Positions 12,925 through 26,700 of a stretch of DNA of 64,000 bases are shown in pieces. This stretch comes from Lama guanicoe (taxonomy: Eukaryota). Within the stretch, counting starts at the first letter, position 1. Each line of letters begins with the position of its first letter. The notes beneath the pieces are model-generated. The model made no database searches. It was not told where the DNA came from and saw only the letters and a list, made by a program, of their open reading frames with translations. Where the stretch lies: positions 1,827,130 through 1,891,129 of the forward strand of contig MU054391.1 in assembly GCA_013239625.1 (NCBI GenBank). The letters run 5' to 3'. The translations under genes were made by a program, and so were the position numbers.

Positions 12925-15790
12925 AGTGTTTCACCTCTTGTCTAAAAGTTGGGGTGTAATTCACATACAGGAAAACTCGCCTTTTCACTGGCGAGCTCCC
13001 GGAGTTCGGGCAACACAGACAGTCAGGGAACCACCAGCGCAGTCAAGTGTGGAGCGTCCATTCCGCTGGTCCCTTGCATCCCTCTGCGGTCACCCCCCCG
13101 ACCCCCCGGCCTTGGCAACCACGGGCCTGTTTTCTGTCTGAAGGCTTTGCCTTCCCCAGAGTGTCGTACAGCGGGACTGCGCAGCGTGTGCTCTTCTGAG
13201 TCTGCCTTCTCTTACTCGCTGTGACCCGTCTGGGATTCCCTCCCTCCTGTGTGTACTGACCAGCCATCCTTTTTAATGCCGAGTAGTGTTCCATTGCACA
13301 GCTGTCCACCGCCTGTTTATCCACTCAAATGTTGAAGGGCATTTGGGTTATGTCCAGGTTCTGGAGAATCTGAGTAAAACTGCTATGAGCATTCATGTAC
13401 AGATTAGGTAAATATCTCAGAGTGGAGTTGTTTGGAAACGTGGTAAATGCTTGTTTAACTTTGTAAGAAGCTGGCAGATGTTCCCTAAGCAGCAGGACAG
13501 CTGTGCAGTCCCACGTGACGCACGAGCGTTTCAGGGTCTGCAGCTTCGCCTGCAGTCTGTCTGGTCAGCTAAAACCCAGTTCTGCCTGTTTTGAAGCTGT
13601 GCCTCGTCTGTGACTTTCTTCTGCAGTCCCCTAGTGACCAGCGGCGATGACATCTTTCCACGTGCTTGTTTGCCACCCACGTGTCTTCTCTGGGGAAGGG
13701 TCTATTCACACCTCCTGCCTTCGTTTTTATTGTTGGCTTGTTTGCTTTCTTTTCATTGAGTGTCAAGAGTGAGTTCTTTACGTCTTCTAGATACAAATGA
13801 GTTTTCAGATATGTGTTTCGCAAACTTTTTTTTCCAAGTATGTGGCATTTCTTTTCATTCTCTTAACATTGTATTTGGACAAGCAGAAGTTTTAATTTTG
13901 ATGAAGGCCAATTTACCAGTTTTTCTTTTATAAATTGTGCTTTTCATGTTATAGCTGGGAGCTCTGTGCCCGACCCAAAGTCTCAAAGATTTTCCCCGAT
14001 GTTTCGTTCTAGAAGCTTGGTGGCTATGGCTGACGTTTATGTCCAGGATGCATTTTGAGTGGATTTTTGTATGCAGCTCAGTGTGTGGAATGAGGCTCAT
14101 TTTTTGCTTTCTGCATATGGAGGTCTACCTGTTCCTGCACCATTTGTTGAAAAGACGATCCTTTCTGCATTTCATTTCTTTGCACATTTTCCATAACCAA
14201 CTGACCAGATTTGTGTCGGGCTGTTTCTGTTTTTTTTAAAAAATATATTTTTATTGAAGTAGAGTCAGTTTACAATGTTATGTCAATTTCTGGTGTACAG
14301 CATAATGCTTCAGTCTTACATGAACATACGTATATTCATTTTCATATTCTTTTTCACCATAAATTACTATAAGATGTTGAATGTAGTTCCCTGTGCTATA
14401 CAATATGAACTTGTTGTTTATTTATTTTATATGTAGTAGTTAGTATCTGTAAATCTCGAACTCCCAGTTTATCCCTTCCCACCTGCTTCGCTCTCGGTAA
14501 CCATAAGTTTGTTTTCTATGTCTGTGAGTCTGTTTCTGGTTTGTAAGTAAGTTCATTTGTCTTTTTTTCTTTTTCTTTTTTTAGGTTACACAAGTAAGGG
14601 GGCTGTTTCCGGACTCAGTCTTCTCTTCTGTTGATCGATGTGCTTTCCTTCCACCAATCCTGAACTTCCTTGATTACTGTGGTTTTGAACTCAGATCATG
14701 TGAGACCTCCACTTTCAGTCTTCATTTGCAACCTTGTCTGGGGCTATTCGAGATCTTTTGCCCTTTCCAAGTAAATATTGGACTCTGCTTGCCAATTTCT
14801 GCAGCAGTCCTGGTGCAGTTGATTAGGATCGTATTGATCAGTAGATGAGGGAGAATCTACATGTTGACAATATTCTATATCATCTACCATGAACATAATC
14901 TAGCTCTCTTGTTTATTTAGGTCTGTGACTTTTTAATCAATGGTTTTTAGCGTTCAGCACACAATCTTGCACATATTTTGTTAGATTTATGTGCAAGTAT
15001 TTTGTTTTTGGAGCTATTATACATGGAACTTAAAATTTTAAACTTCAACTGTTTGTTATTAAATATGTAGAAAAACAATTGACTTTGATATGTTGACTTA
15101 AATCCTGAGAGCTTGGTAAACTCATTAGGTCTAGTAGCTTTTTGCAGATCCTTTGGGATTTTCTACTGAGACAATCACGTTGTCGGTGGCCCTAGTCTGG
15201 ATTATTTCTCCTTTTCCTATCTGTATGCCTTTATTTCTTATTCTTGCCGTATTGCTCTGGCTGCAGCCTCCAGTATGATGGAGTGGAGAGAGCAGACCTG
15301 CTTGACGGCCTCCTGATCTTCAGGGGAGACATTCAGACTTTGGCTACTAAGTGTGAGGTTAGCTGTGTGTGTTTATATATGTTTATGTTCATGCGTATGT
15401 AATATACCTCAATATATGTTTGTATTTGTATGTATTTTGTATAGATGACATTTATCAGATTGAGAAAGCTGCTTTGTATTGCTAGTTTGCTGAGAGATTT
15501 ACCATAAATGGATGCTGAATTTTGTCAAACGATTTTTCTGCATCTATTGAGAAAAACATGTGGTTTTTTTTTAGTCAGTTGAGATGTGATGTTGAGTTGA
15601 TTGATTTTTGAATGTTGGACTAGATTTGACTTCCCGGCATGACCCCCCTGTGCATCGTGCAGTGTCTTTATCTACAGTTGGAGTCAGTGTGTTAACATTT
15701 TGAGGAGGAGCCTTTTGCCTGTTTCCAAGAGGATTATTTGCAGTTCTTCTTCACTTGTAGTTCTTTGGTTTTGATTTCAGGGTGATGCAG
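12925..15790 (-). mobile_element. Degraded old L1 (L1MB/L1MC-like), 3' UTR plus ORF2 remnants
   Basis: Minus-strand ORF fragments resemble L1 ORF2 (e.g. 13855..14100 HTKIHSKCILDINV; 13569..13823 FPREDTWVANKHVERC). Typical antisense L1 T-rich text. Confidence 0.85.
14228..14599 (-). mobile_element. Younger lineage L1 3' end nested in the old L1, TSD GGGCTGTTTC
   Basis: T-rich tail, then ttgaagtagagtcagtttacaatg…ggtaaccataagtttgttttctatgtctgtgagtctg. TSD at 14218-14227 and 14600-14609. Confidence 0.85.
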
Positions 15791-15809
15791 GCCTCACAGA
15801 ATGTCCCCC

Positions 15810-16480
15810 AGTGCTGCTTTTCTCATGATCAGACTGGAGCTATGGGGTTTTGGAAAGAACAGCACAGAGGAGAGCTCTTCTTGTCCCGTGGTACCAGGGG
15901 AGATCCGCAGGACATCCCTAATAGTGTTGACCTTCGTTACTGTTTAACATATTGTTTGCGAGGATTCTCCACTGTAGCCTTTCTCTTTATCCCTTTCCTT
16001 ACTCTGCTGGTGGAGAGCAAGTCACTAAGGTAAGCCTGCAGAGGGAGGCAGGGTGCAAATGAGCCATCACCGCCGTAGAAGGGGGCTTGATCGCTGTAAT
16101 CTGTTCTTTAGAGTTCTCCTGTAAGGCATATTTGATTCTTACCTCCAGTTTACTTATTTCTTTAACCACTCATTTATGTCATTATGGACTCCTGCATGCG
16201 TATTTCCTGCTTCGGGTTATAAGCTAGTATTGCATTTATCCATATCATCATGGACTCATGTAGATTTGTTTTCTACGCTGGGTTGTAACCCAGTGTTAAG
16301 TTATTTCTTCTGTTGCTCCAGTGCTGCTGCTTTGGCCGTTGGTTTCTTTCTGCTTGGCTCCTGTATCCCTCTGGCGTGTTTTGTTATTTTAAGAACTGCC
16401 TTTGTTTCCATTACTACAAGCTTCTCCAGGCTCATCCTGTACTGTCTCTGCCGTGGAATCGGCCGTCCACCCGAGGAGCC
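15810..16480 (-). mobile_element. L1MC-type 3' UTR fragment
   Basis: ttttctcatgatcagactggagctatggggttttggaaagaacagcacagagg…gttgaccttcg…ttctccactgta resembles the L1MC 3' region. Confidence 0.6.
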
Positions 16481-17243
16481 TTGGCTGCGTGCTCTCACGC
16501 GTGCCTACACTCACCGCAGCTTTCGGCTGAAATCCCCTTACGTTTGGTTGGCGGTCTCCCCCTCCTGCGCCGTGCCCCGGGGAAGCGAGCGCTCAGCCCT
16601 GTGTCTCCTCGGCGGAGTCTGTCTGTCCTTAGCTTCCAGCCTAGCTGGTTGCCCTGTGATCCCAGCTGTCTGATGTGTTCAAGGGTATAATTGGGTAGAT
16701 TATCTGGCTCTTTCTTGTTAGTATGGGAATCATTCTCTTTACTGTTTTTTACATTCCAAGGGGAAGCTGGGTCGTTTTTGACATGGGAAATGTTTAAGAG
16801 GACAAGATGCTGTGGGAAAACTTGGAGTGACCCACAGAGGGGGGGCATCAGTATGAGCTGGGTCCTTAGGTCCTGGTCTCCAGCTTGGCCTCTGAACTGC
16901 CCTGAGTTAAGAGACCAAGAGACAGGGGCTGGGACCTGAAGCCAGACAAGGGGAGCTTGTCTGGTCCACAGTGATCCATGGGCTTCCCTCGTCTTGGTCT
17001 GGACTCGCAGGCCAGGCCAGGGTAAGGCTAACCCTCGCTGGATCGTGGAGAGCTGGGTGGCCCTGCAGCGTGGGTGGGTGTGGCATCTCGTTGTTGAGTG
17101 CATTGAAATCTCCAGCGGCCTCATCTTTGTTGCAGACGCAGTTCCCAGGTCCAGCTGTAGCGGACCGTCCAGTCCTGAGGACTCTTGTTTATATATTCTG
17201 AGAAAAAAGTGTCAGCTGCTAACACTGATGGTTTCTGTTTCAG

Positions 17244-17307
17244 GAAGACAATTCCCGAATGTCTTTTAAGAAAAAGTTTCCCTTAAGACACAACACAAAG
17301 AAAAAAG
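17244..17307 (+). CDS. DCDC2C: Candidate alternative exon (EDNSRMSFKKKFPLRHNTKKK-), phase 0-1
   Basis: Acceptor ctgatggtttctgtttcAG with a branch-like CTGAT; donor AAG|gtatgt; 64-nt open frame. Confidence 0.6.
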
Positions 17308-19366
17308 GTATGTGGTATAGATGTGGAGGAAATAGAAATGTATATATATTCTGTAATAACTGAGCCACGGGTGAGGATGCTTGTAAGACCCTGTTATAAA
17401 CAGCTGGTCAAATCTCTCTTCTGAAATACAGTTAAAATATGCGTAGGACACGTGATAGAGAAAAGGTCTGACTTCCTGCCCCCCACAAAACGCTGGTAAT
17501 AATACCACAAACTGTGAATTCCTTTTCTAAATTTTTCATAACTATTTATTCATAATCATAAATGAACTGTGAACAACGGACGTGTTAGCCATTTGTGTGT
17601 GTGCTACGTAAGCTGGGTGTTTCACAGGTGAGGAGGCTGAGGCACAGGGAGGGTGGCCTCCTTCCCAGGTCGCAGAGTGATTTCCTGCACTACTGAGCTT
17701 GCAGTGTTGGAGCAGAACCTCCCTCCCAGGGTGTGTCTTCCGAGGCCCGAAGGTGGTGTATCTGTGGGCAGGGATGGACGCCCTCCAGTTCATTCCACAG
17801 CCCCGAACCGAGGCTCAGATCTCAGGCCATGACGTGTGTGCCCTTTGGATGTAATTCCATCCCCAGACAAAGCACCTGCAGCCCTGCTTTTTTCTTTGAA
17901 GTGTGGTGGTTACAGTCCGATGAGAGAGGAGCGTCCTGTGAGATTAACCAGTAGTGAGGGCTCTCTAACTCTGTGTGGCTCCCTCCCTCCCTCCCTGCGG
18001 GGACTCTGTGTGAGGCCCTGAGGTTGTTCCCCCTGAAGCAAGGAGAGGAGGGGTGTTCGTCCCTGCGGAGGTGGATGGGGTCCCCACCAGCACCGAAGGA
18101 GGTGGACGAGGCCCGGCTCCCAAGTCCCGAGGGCAGGTGGTCAGCTCTCACGTCTCAGTAGCTGACTCTCTTAACAATTGTACGTGGGTAAAATTAGATT
18201 AAACCAGCCCTGAGGGGAGCCTTGAAGAGAAGAGAGATCTGAAGGAACAGCTTGAAGACCTTTTGCGGAGCCGGAGAGCACGGGCGTCTGACGTGGCGCC
18301 GGGACGCAGGGCCGCCGTGGAGCGGGGCGGGGTGGCATCGGGGGACCAGCGAGGCAGGGCCAGAGGAGGGGTGGCTCTCTGGGGTTTCAGGCTGCAGGAC
18401 GGTAGAGAGTCCTTTGTGGGAAGTGACCTTTCAGACCGTTTCTCATCTGTGGATGGGGAGGGAAGGCTAATTGAGGAAGACAGGCTCACTCAGGCTGACC
18501 CCACGTTACGACATTTCAGGTTTCAGCTTTAACATTTCATTAGGATTGTCAATGTCCCCACAATCAAAATCGTTCCATGACAGTTTCCATTGAATGTCAG
18601 GGAAATAGAATTTCCGTTGAATTTTGCGGAATGTCTACCTTTTGATTTTCTACTCTTCCCGGTAACTTAAGAGAAAAAAAATCATCATTCACAAATGCCA
18701 GCCAGATGGTCAGAGACTTTTTTTTTGTTTGTTTTCAAGAAAAGATGCTTAGAAACTGGATCCCCCAGGTGTTAAAATGTGAATGTGGTGTTTGCACCAC
18801 AGGGAGGCAGACGTACACTTTGGCCCCAGATCACCACCCAGGGGCCAGAGAGGGACCTGTCAGGCATCACGAGTAAGTCGGCCGAGCGTGTCCTTTCAAT
18901 TCAGGACGTGGTCTGACCCCCTGCTTCTCTTTCCTTTTCTGTTCTTTGGTTTTTAATAGAAGGATGCTCTTCTGGTGACAGGTCACCCGGAGAGAAGTCT
19001 CTGTGGGCAGAGTCTGACCCACCTTCCCTTCAGCCTCTCCTGGGCCCTTTCCCTGCAGTCAAGGTCCCAAGGACTTAAAAAAACCCATTCAAGGCTGCTG
19101 GCTTTTCCTGAGCCTCAAGTGTACAGAATGTCCATTGAACCATCTGCCGTAACAACCGTTTAAAAATACGTGCGCATTCCGCAGATGGACCTTCCTTCTG
19201 ATTTTTATCTTCTTTTTAACCACCTTGCCGGGTGATGTCCTCATTTCAGAGAGGAGCCAGAATGATGACCCGCATTGTCCTTGGTGGCAGAGGTGATGGA
19301 GGGAACGGCAGAGACTCAAGCCAGCCCACTTCCCTCCCTCTCTCCCCTCTTGCCAGCAGGGCCGCT

Positions 19367-19411
19367 GTGCCGGGTGCCGGGTGCCGGGTGCCGGGTGCCG
19401 GGTGCCGGGTG
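19367..19411 (+). repeat. Perfect heptamer tandem repeat (GTGCCGG)6 + GTG
   Basis: Directly visible. Confidence 0.95.
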
Positions 19412-22409
19412 GGGGTCCGCTCAGCCGTGGCCCAGGCCCTGTAAGTGTGGGCTTGCGGGGGGTCTGCCAGTAACACCAGCACCGAGCGCCCGGCGAGGAG
19501 TGGTGAGTGACGTTAGGGCCCCTTTGGGTTGTTTCCGAGCGGCCAGGACACCTCTGGGCTCCACCGGGTAGCGCTGGGGGTCAGTCACAGCCTCCAAGCC
19601 CTCCGAGCAGTGTCCCACGCAAGCCTGCCACACAGACCTGTTGGGGTCCGGCAGCCCGAGGCCGCCAGCAGTTGTGACCCAACACAAATTTGGGAGAAGC
19701 GAATGAGCCCATTTCACCCCTCGCTTAAAAAATGTTACCTTTCCTCCCAAATACTCGAGGCTGTTAGTGGCCACCCGCCCTCCCCACCTTTATAGGATCA
19801 GGTGCTTAGAAATCCCGGAGTTCCTACCAGTTGCAGCCACTGTTTCCGAAGCATTGCAGTATCTTATATTTTGGGTGAGTTTGCTAGTTTCGTTTTTCTA
19901 GGAGAAAGAGGCAGTTTCACGTCCCTGAAGTTCAATTCCAAGTGGTAACACTCTCTTTCTCCCTCCCTGGGAAATATTTTTGGCTGTGTTCTGTTGCAGG
20001 TATTTTTGTTTGTTTTGGGGAATTGGGACGTGGAGGGCTATTCAAAGAGAAGGGACAAAAGAATCAGGAAAGAAAATCATTTTTTTTTCCACTGTGATTT
20101 TTCCACCTGCTACTTGGCTTCTGAGTGTTCAGAGTTCCAGGGGCAAAGTCACAGGAACAGTCCCTCACTGTCCAGTGGCCAGGCGGATTGGCTTAAAAAT
20201 TGTTTTTGCAGGGTAGGCGCAAGCGGGTCTCTTGGGCGTTCGGTTCCTCTGTGCGCTGTGAGCATGAGGACCGCGAGGTGTGGCCTGGCCAGGTTCTTCC
20301 TCTGCTTGAAGCCCTCATTTGACGTCTTCTTTTTTTTCCTTTTTGCTGTGGTTTTAGACAATCTGGCAATTTAGGAATCAGTAAAAATGATTTTTTTAAC
20401 ATTTTTTCCCAACAATCATACACCAGCCTGGCTCAGGGGTGGTCTGTCATGGATCGCCGTTCAGAGAGCTGCTGGCGGGTGATGCTGGTCAGGGCCCAGG
20501 AGGCAGGGGGGCCCTGTCCAGGGTGGAGGACGCAGACCAGTGTCTGCCTTGCCTTTTTCATCAACATATTTTTGGTTCAAAGCACATTGTGGCTAAAAAA
20601 AAAAAAACCCAAACTGTTTTCTTAGTTCCATTTGCATCCCCCCATCCCCACCTGCCTGTTGAAAAACAAAGAATAAGTTAAAAAAAAAAAAAGGCACGCC
20701 AGAGCTTCACATGCTTTTCCCGGGCGCCGCCTGTTTTGAGAGCCTCTCTGATTTGCGGTAACAGCCTGTCTAACAAAATCATTGGGGTTTGCTCTTTAAT
20801 TCTCGTTTTCTGTCACGGGGTAGAGCAGGCAGACTCACGTGCCTGAGCCAGGCCGCTGTCCTGCTCACCTCCCTGCTGTCCGTGCAGTTTCCAGCCGGGT
20901 CCTGAGCAGAATGGTGACTCTCTGGGATTCAGGGTCTCGGCCCTCGGAGTGCCCCCACCCCGAGGGAGGGCCCCCCTTTTCTCTTCCCATCAGGTGGACA
21001 GTAGATTAGCCTCTGCTCCAGGAGACAGGCTTGCCCTGGGAAATTAAGCATGTCTCAGCTTCCCTTGTAAACGGAAGTCACGTTTTCTTTGCAGAAGCCG
21101 ACCGTTCATAAGCAGGCGTGGAAAACTAGTAACTGAAGTCTAAAATCAGACACTCTAACAGTAACGCCAGGGGGCTTGGGAGAGCAAGGCTGGTCTGCAG
21201 TTAAGGATGTTAACCCTGCAGAAAGTTACTCCACCGAGTGAGCGTCTTGTTTTACCTGAGGACGAGGAACAGTGAAAGAAAACCAATGGCTGCGGCTGGC
21301 CTGGTGGCTCGCGCCCCGGCCTGGTGCTGTGGGTGCCCGCACACCCAGCAGCGCATCTGGAAGCTTCCCAGACACGGGGGAGGCGGTGACCCAGCCGGGT
21401 GGCGTTTCTTCCCATGTTGTGAGTTACAAGTGTTGTTATTTGAGAGGCTCATGTTTTGACGAGTCCATTTGGTGACACTCCGCGCACCTGTACTTAGGTG
21501 TGAAGTGACGCTTGGCTTTGCCACGGGACAGCAGGTTAGGCGCTGAGCGCGCGCCCAGGGGACGCACGGCGCCGACCAGACCAGGGCTGCGTCAGTCCGA
21601 GCTCCCTTCGGGCACTGAGTCGGGCTGAGTTTGTGAAATCCGCGTGTGGTCCCGCCCTTCCCAGGGTCTCTTCTAGACCGATGAGTGTGTGCGGCGGGTC
21701 CACCCCGCCTAGCTGCCGCCCGTGCCGAGTCTGGGCAGAGGGCCCGGGAGCGCGACACTGGGCAGCGGCGGGCGGATGCGAGCCCATGGCCACTCGGGCT
21801 GTGGGAGCAGTGACTTCAGTCTGCAGGGGGCTGTTTGAGGTTTGAATCCAGAGTCGTTGCCTTCAGACAGAACAAGATCCAAATAATTCTAGAGAAAAGG
21901 CTCCACGTGCTTTCTCCTCGGACACTTCCCCGACCACAGAAACACAAGCTGTGTGCGGGACCCTCAGCTCTCTCCCGCCTTCTCGTGCTGGCAGAGCGAA
22001 CCCACTCCCTGTGTAGGATCTGATCTGTCGGAAGCTCCTCTGCACTCTCCTGGGGTGAATAATCTTGGCCTGACTGATGGCCGTTTGAGGTTTGTAACAG
22101 TTATTTCTTAGCGACGATGAAGCAAGCTGGATCTCTGTGGCCGCTCCTCTCTTTGGGGACTGAAGGCACCATCCCCTCTGCCTCCCTGGTGGCCACACAC
22201 AGGGTGTGTCTGATTCCTCCTGCTTGTAGACGGCCCTCCTCCAACACCGTCCTGGAGAAGCCGTCATCGGGTTAAGTAAAATTGCAAGGAAGATGCTAAT
22301 ATTTTGCAGTTGTTTTCAAAAAATATTTTAGAATTGAAAAGGAGAAGCAAAAAGGAGGAACTGAGCGTTAAAATGAACCTTAATCATCTAACTCAGCCAT
22401 ACGTGCGGT

Positions 22410-22600
22410 GTAAAGTGTGGTAGAGGTGGGTTCTGGGCTCGCCTACCAGCCCCGCCCCTTGTCTGTGGAGTCGGGAGCAGGTCACTTAACCCCTCCGAAC
22501 GTGCCTCCACCATCTGCGGAATCAGCAGCACGTGCCCGGTGATGCTGAGCGGGAAACGTGATCTGAGGTGTGCCGAGAGCTCTCACGCCATGACACGTGG
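22410..22600 (+). mobile_element. MIR remnant
   Basis: gcaggtcacttaacccctccgaacgtgcctccaccatctgcggaa, a MIR core. Confidence 0.5.
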
Positions 22601-23249
22601 GCGGTGACCCTTCGCTCTTCACTGTGCTCCTGGGACTCCCAGGTCCTCCGCGTCTGTCTTGACCTGTCGTGCAGAGGCATCTGCGTCCTTGGCTCGGGGG
22701 CAGGGGCAGGGGCAGGTTCTCTGCATGTGCTGCAGTGTCATCAGGGTCCTACTTTCCTTTCCCGCCATCTCTGCTCACCTGACTTTGACTGGACCTCTAG
22801 GTGACATTGTACTGTTACTTTGTGCCAAACAGGCATTTGGGTTGAAACATTTGCCAACACTGAAGGGTCCAAGAAGGCCCTCTTACCTGCTCTCACCATG
22901 TACTTCTGTTGCATTTCTTGGCAGATTTTACAGGAATCATACCTGCAACCTAATCAGTTTCCATTTCCTTCAAATGAGACGTATGTTTTCCCCAACATGA
23001 ATAAAAGAAGGACAATAGCTTATAACACGACCGAACTTTAAAGCAGGAGAAGCCGTGAAGACGCGGTCGCTGGTCTCCCCGTCTCCTCGACAGCCTCCTT
23101 CTGGTGGGGTTCTTGTCCCACTGATGTTACTGCTCAGTGTGCCTGTGAACATGACTTACTTGAAGCCTTTTCTGGGTCTTACTTTTCTTATGTGCAAAAT
23201 AAAAGGTAAGCCTAGGGTCACCGGTTTCAGTCTTTGAAAGAAAACATCA

Positions 23250-23790
23250 GAAAACGTTGTTGTAGAGCCAAGTGACAGGCGCCACCCACCTGAGTGGTGG
23301 AGGCTGACATCACCAGCGACAAAGGACTGCTGATGCCCTGCACCTGCTGGGTGGTGCAGGGAGGAGGGCACCCCACACCCTGGTGGTGTCCCCGAATCCG
23401 TAGCTCGGGTCCGAGCGTGAGGAAACCTCCGCCGCCCACACAGCGCGGGACCCCCTGCAGAATGCCCAAGGAGCTCCTGGGAAACAAGGAAGGACTGAGA
23501 AACTGTCACGTTCGGGGGAGACGAGGAGACCCTACAACTAGATGCGAGCCGCTGTCTTGAACTGGATTCCGAACCAGAAAAAGGACATTGGTGGAAAAAC
23601 TGGCAAAACCCAAATAAAGCCCGTAATTAAACAGCATTGTCCGGACGTGAGTTCTGGCTTCTGTCAGGGCCCCACTGTTCTGCAAGGTGTTACCCTCCGG
23701 GGAGTCTGGGTGAAGAGTGTACTGGAAGTCTCTGCACAGTCTTCGCGACGCTCCTGTAAACCTAAAACTATTTTAAAAAAAGAAGCTAAA
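23250..23790 (+). mobile_element. L1MC/L1MD-type 3' end
   Basis: aaggactgagaaactgtcac…gaactggattccgaaccagaaaaaggacattggtggaaaaactgg…gggtgaagagtgtactggaagtctctgcac…tgtaaacctaaaactatttaaaaaa. Confidence 0.75.
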
Positions 23791-26700
23791 AGAAGCACTG
23801 GGACATTTTTCCCAAGTGGAATGTTATGACGGACTCCAGTCTACAGAGCAGAGAGAAAAGGGATTGTTTGATCGAAGAGGACACGGGTGGGCTGAAATGC
23901 AGAAATTCAGCCTTCCCCTTGCTGCTTCCTGGCATTCTCCCCCTGGCCTCCAGAGACATCTCTGAGGACCACCTGGTCACCAGGGAACACAGTGGGAATA
24001 CGGTTTATTGACCAGTCTCTTAAGGACCTTTCCACTTAAAAAAAGGGCTCTAAGTCTTCCAAAAAAGTAGTATTTGGACAATAATAGGACTCAGTCAAGT
24101 TCAGTGTTTCTGATTCATTGACTCTGGGATCTGACAGCATTGAAGTCATTTGCAGCGTCCACAATAGATTGTCCCTGAAGAAAGATGACCATGAAGCTGG
24201 ATGGGGGTTACAATCCAAGACATGGGAGGAGGGGGAGTGGAGACATCAGACACTTTCCGGGCATTTTCTGTTATGAGCACACATCTGAATACAGGAAATT
24301 AGGATTTTCTGAAGAAGAAGAACAACGCTATCCTGGCCACAGGAGCGCTCATTAGCTCAGTCTGTTATTCCAGGACCCTGGTTGGGACCTCCGAGCCACT
24401 GGGAGAGATCTCAGTTCAAACCACTTTTTGATCGAATTTGTAATCCCCTAAAAGGACTTGGTAAATATCTTTGCTGATTTATTTAAAAACATGCCGGCCC
24501 ACAGTGCAATCAGATGCCTGTGTGATAGTTACCAAATAAAAAAACCTAACACTGTCTAACTTGGGGTTTCTAGCTTTTCACAAAGTAATTACACCTTAAA
24601 CCAAAACATTGGCTTCATTTTCACAAATCTTAGCCTGACGTCTTAATTCATAACGAGCAGCTGCCGTAGGTTCTGGAAATCACAAAAATCAGTGCAAAGG
24701 AAGACGAGGCTTCAAAGCACGTGCTGCCTGCGGCAGTCACATTACACCGTCACAGGCGCGTGGGGGGCGTTCTTTGTGGACACAGGCAGTGGTTTTCCTG
24801 GCCTCCTCCAGCTGCTGTGATTCTCGGTGGCCTCTGACCTCCCACCGTTGCCGTCAGAACCAGCCTTCTCTCGAAACCCTTCATTCTTCTATGTTTTCTC
24901 CTCTGCTCCAGCCTCCAGGTGCCCCGGCCGCTGCTGTTGGCAGTGTCATTTCTCCGATTACCTCTCCCGGCAGCTTCTGGGGTTGGTTTCTTTCCTCCCG
25001 GGACCGTCAGCACCCCCAGCTCCTCTTGCCTGCCTTCCCCATCTCACCCGCCAAACTGGCAGGTCTTCAGAGCTTCTCCAGTCTAGCTCTGTGGCTCCTG
25101 ATTCAGTTGAACTGAAGTGCTTATTAACAAGAACATTTCTGTGTTAATTATGTCAGCGGAAACTTGACACGCACGTGCGTTTCGGAGGTTGTATCTCTGA
25201 CAGAACAGATGTGTTCGTGCTATGTTGGTGAGTTGGCAGAGACGCCTGTGAACTTTAAAATCCCTGCAATCAAAGCAGGATTGTCAGCGAAGATGTTCGG
25301 GGGTGGACCTGTGGAAGTTTTATTGCATTGAGCTACATTGCTCTTGCGGGCATTGTTTTACTTTGCAAGTGTTGATGTAAGTGACACATTTCTAGTTATA
25401 GTATTTTTCATCAGAGACTGAATATTCTGTTTTTACTGCTCTTTGCTATTGAGGTTTCTGATGAGCAGCAGCTGTATAAAGGGAGCCACATGTTCTCGGT
25501 GTGCGTGGCGTACGTCCAGCACCTGCCTGAGCTTTATGGTTTGCTGGTCTAACCAGAGAGACCCTGTTACCTGCTCGGTCCTGCAGGAGGAAAGGGGCTG
25601 CCACCCCGTGTCCCTGACGTCCCCCTGTGAACCTGCACGAGGAAGGAGTTGAACAAAAGAACCTTAACTGAAACATGCTTTTTTCCTTAGAGGGAGAAAA
25701 ACCAGAAGATGACAGCTCTGCCAGCTGCCCTGTAATCTCAGAAACTACAGCCTGGCGCGGCGTTAGCACCGCTTCCTGTGTAGTGACGCGCGGTTGCGCT
25801 CTGGCTGGACGGGGCCCAGGTGCTCTCTGAACCAGGCAGCGCGCCGCACGCCGGCGATTCCTTTAGCCAGAGACCTTGCACCAAAATCTCACGGTATGTG
25901 AACGCCTGGGTTGGTTTATTAATACCTGGATTTTTCTTTCTTTCTTTTTTCAGCATCTCTCAAGAACCTCGGCAAGAATAAGAAGGTGGTTCCGTTTCCT
26001 GGTAAGAAAGCGGCTGTTGGCGATCATTTACGGGCACGCGTGGGACGGGGACGGGCCTGTCTGTGCTCACGGGCTCACAGTGAGTTACCCGGGAGATGCC
26101 CGTAGCGCCCCCTCCAGGCGACCCTGGAACTTCCGTCTGGAGGCAGCTGTCCTCATGGCTTGTCTGGCTTTGAACCACAGCTTACTCTTCCCTAGCTGGG
26201 CGCTGACCTCTCCGAACCTTCTTTCGTAGGGCACCGTTTGTAGGCGGGTTGACAAATGAAGGTTTTTACTCAGCGCACGGTGACACTGTCTGTCAGCCAG
26301 CGGTTCCGTCCCGGCGGACTTTGTTCAATTGTGCAATTATTTTAAGATTTTACTGCATATATCTTTATAACATTTTGTTAAAAAAAAAAAGAGGGAAGAG
26401 AAAAGAACTCCTGAAACTTGTACTGAGAAGTGCAGGCTTCAGACAAACATGGAAATTCTTAGGTGCGCTGGAGTGACAAATTTTCAGCCACATTTAGGGA
26501 CCTGTTAGATTATGGGCTCAATTCTGAAAGGAGACAATATGGAATGACTATGCAATGCCGGAAATATCTCATCGGCAATTGCATTTAAAACGCAGGGATT
26601 TTCAAAATGCATTTTATCACGTTATCAATATAGCACATGCATTATTCTATATTAATGTAATTTTATATTGGACAGTAGAGTAATACATTATTCGTGTAAA

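Noticed and set aside
18209..18330. Coiled-coil-looking frame SLEEKRDLKEQLEDLLRSRR
   Set aside because: No polypyrimidine tract or donor; resembles degraded L2-like purine-rich sequence.
20000..20097. Acceptor-like ttctgttgcAG followed by a phase-1 frame GIFVCFGELGRGGLFKEKGQKNQERKSFFFPL*
   Set aside because: No donor or nearby poly(A) signal and no homology I recognise; it cannot be excluded without RNA data.
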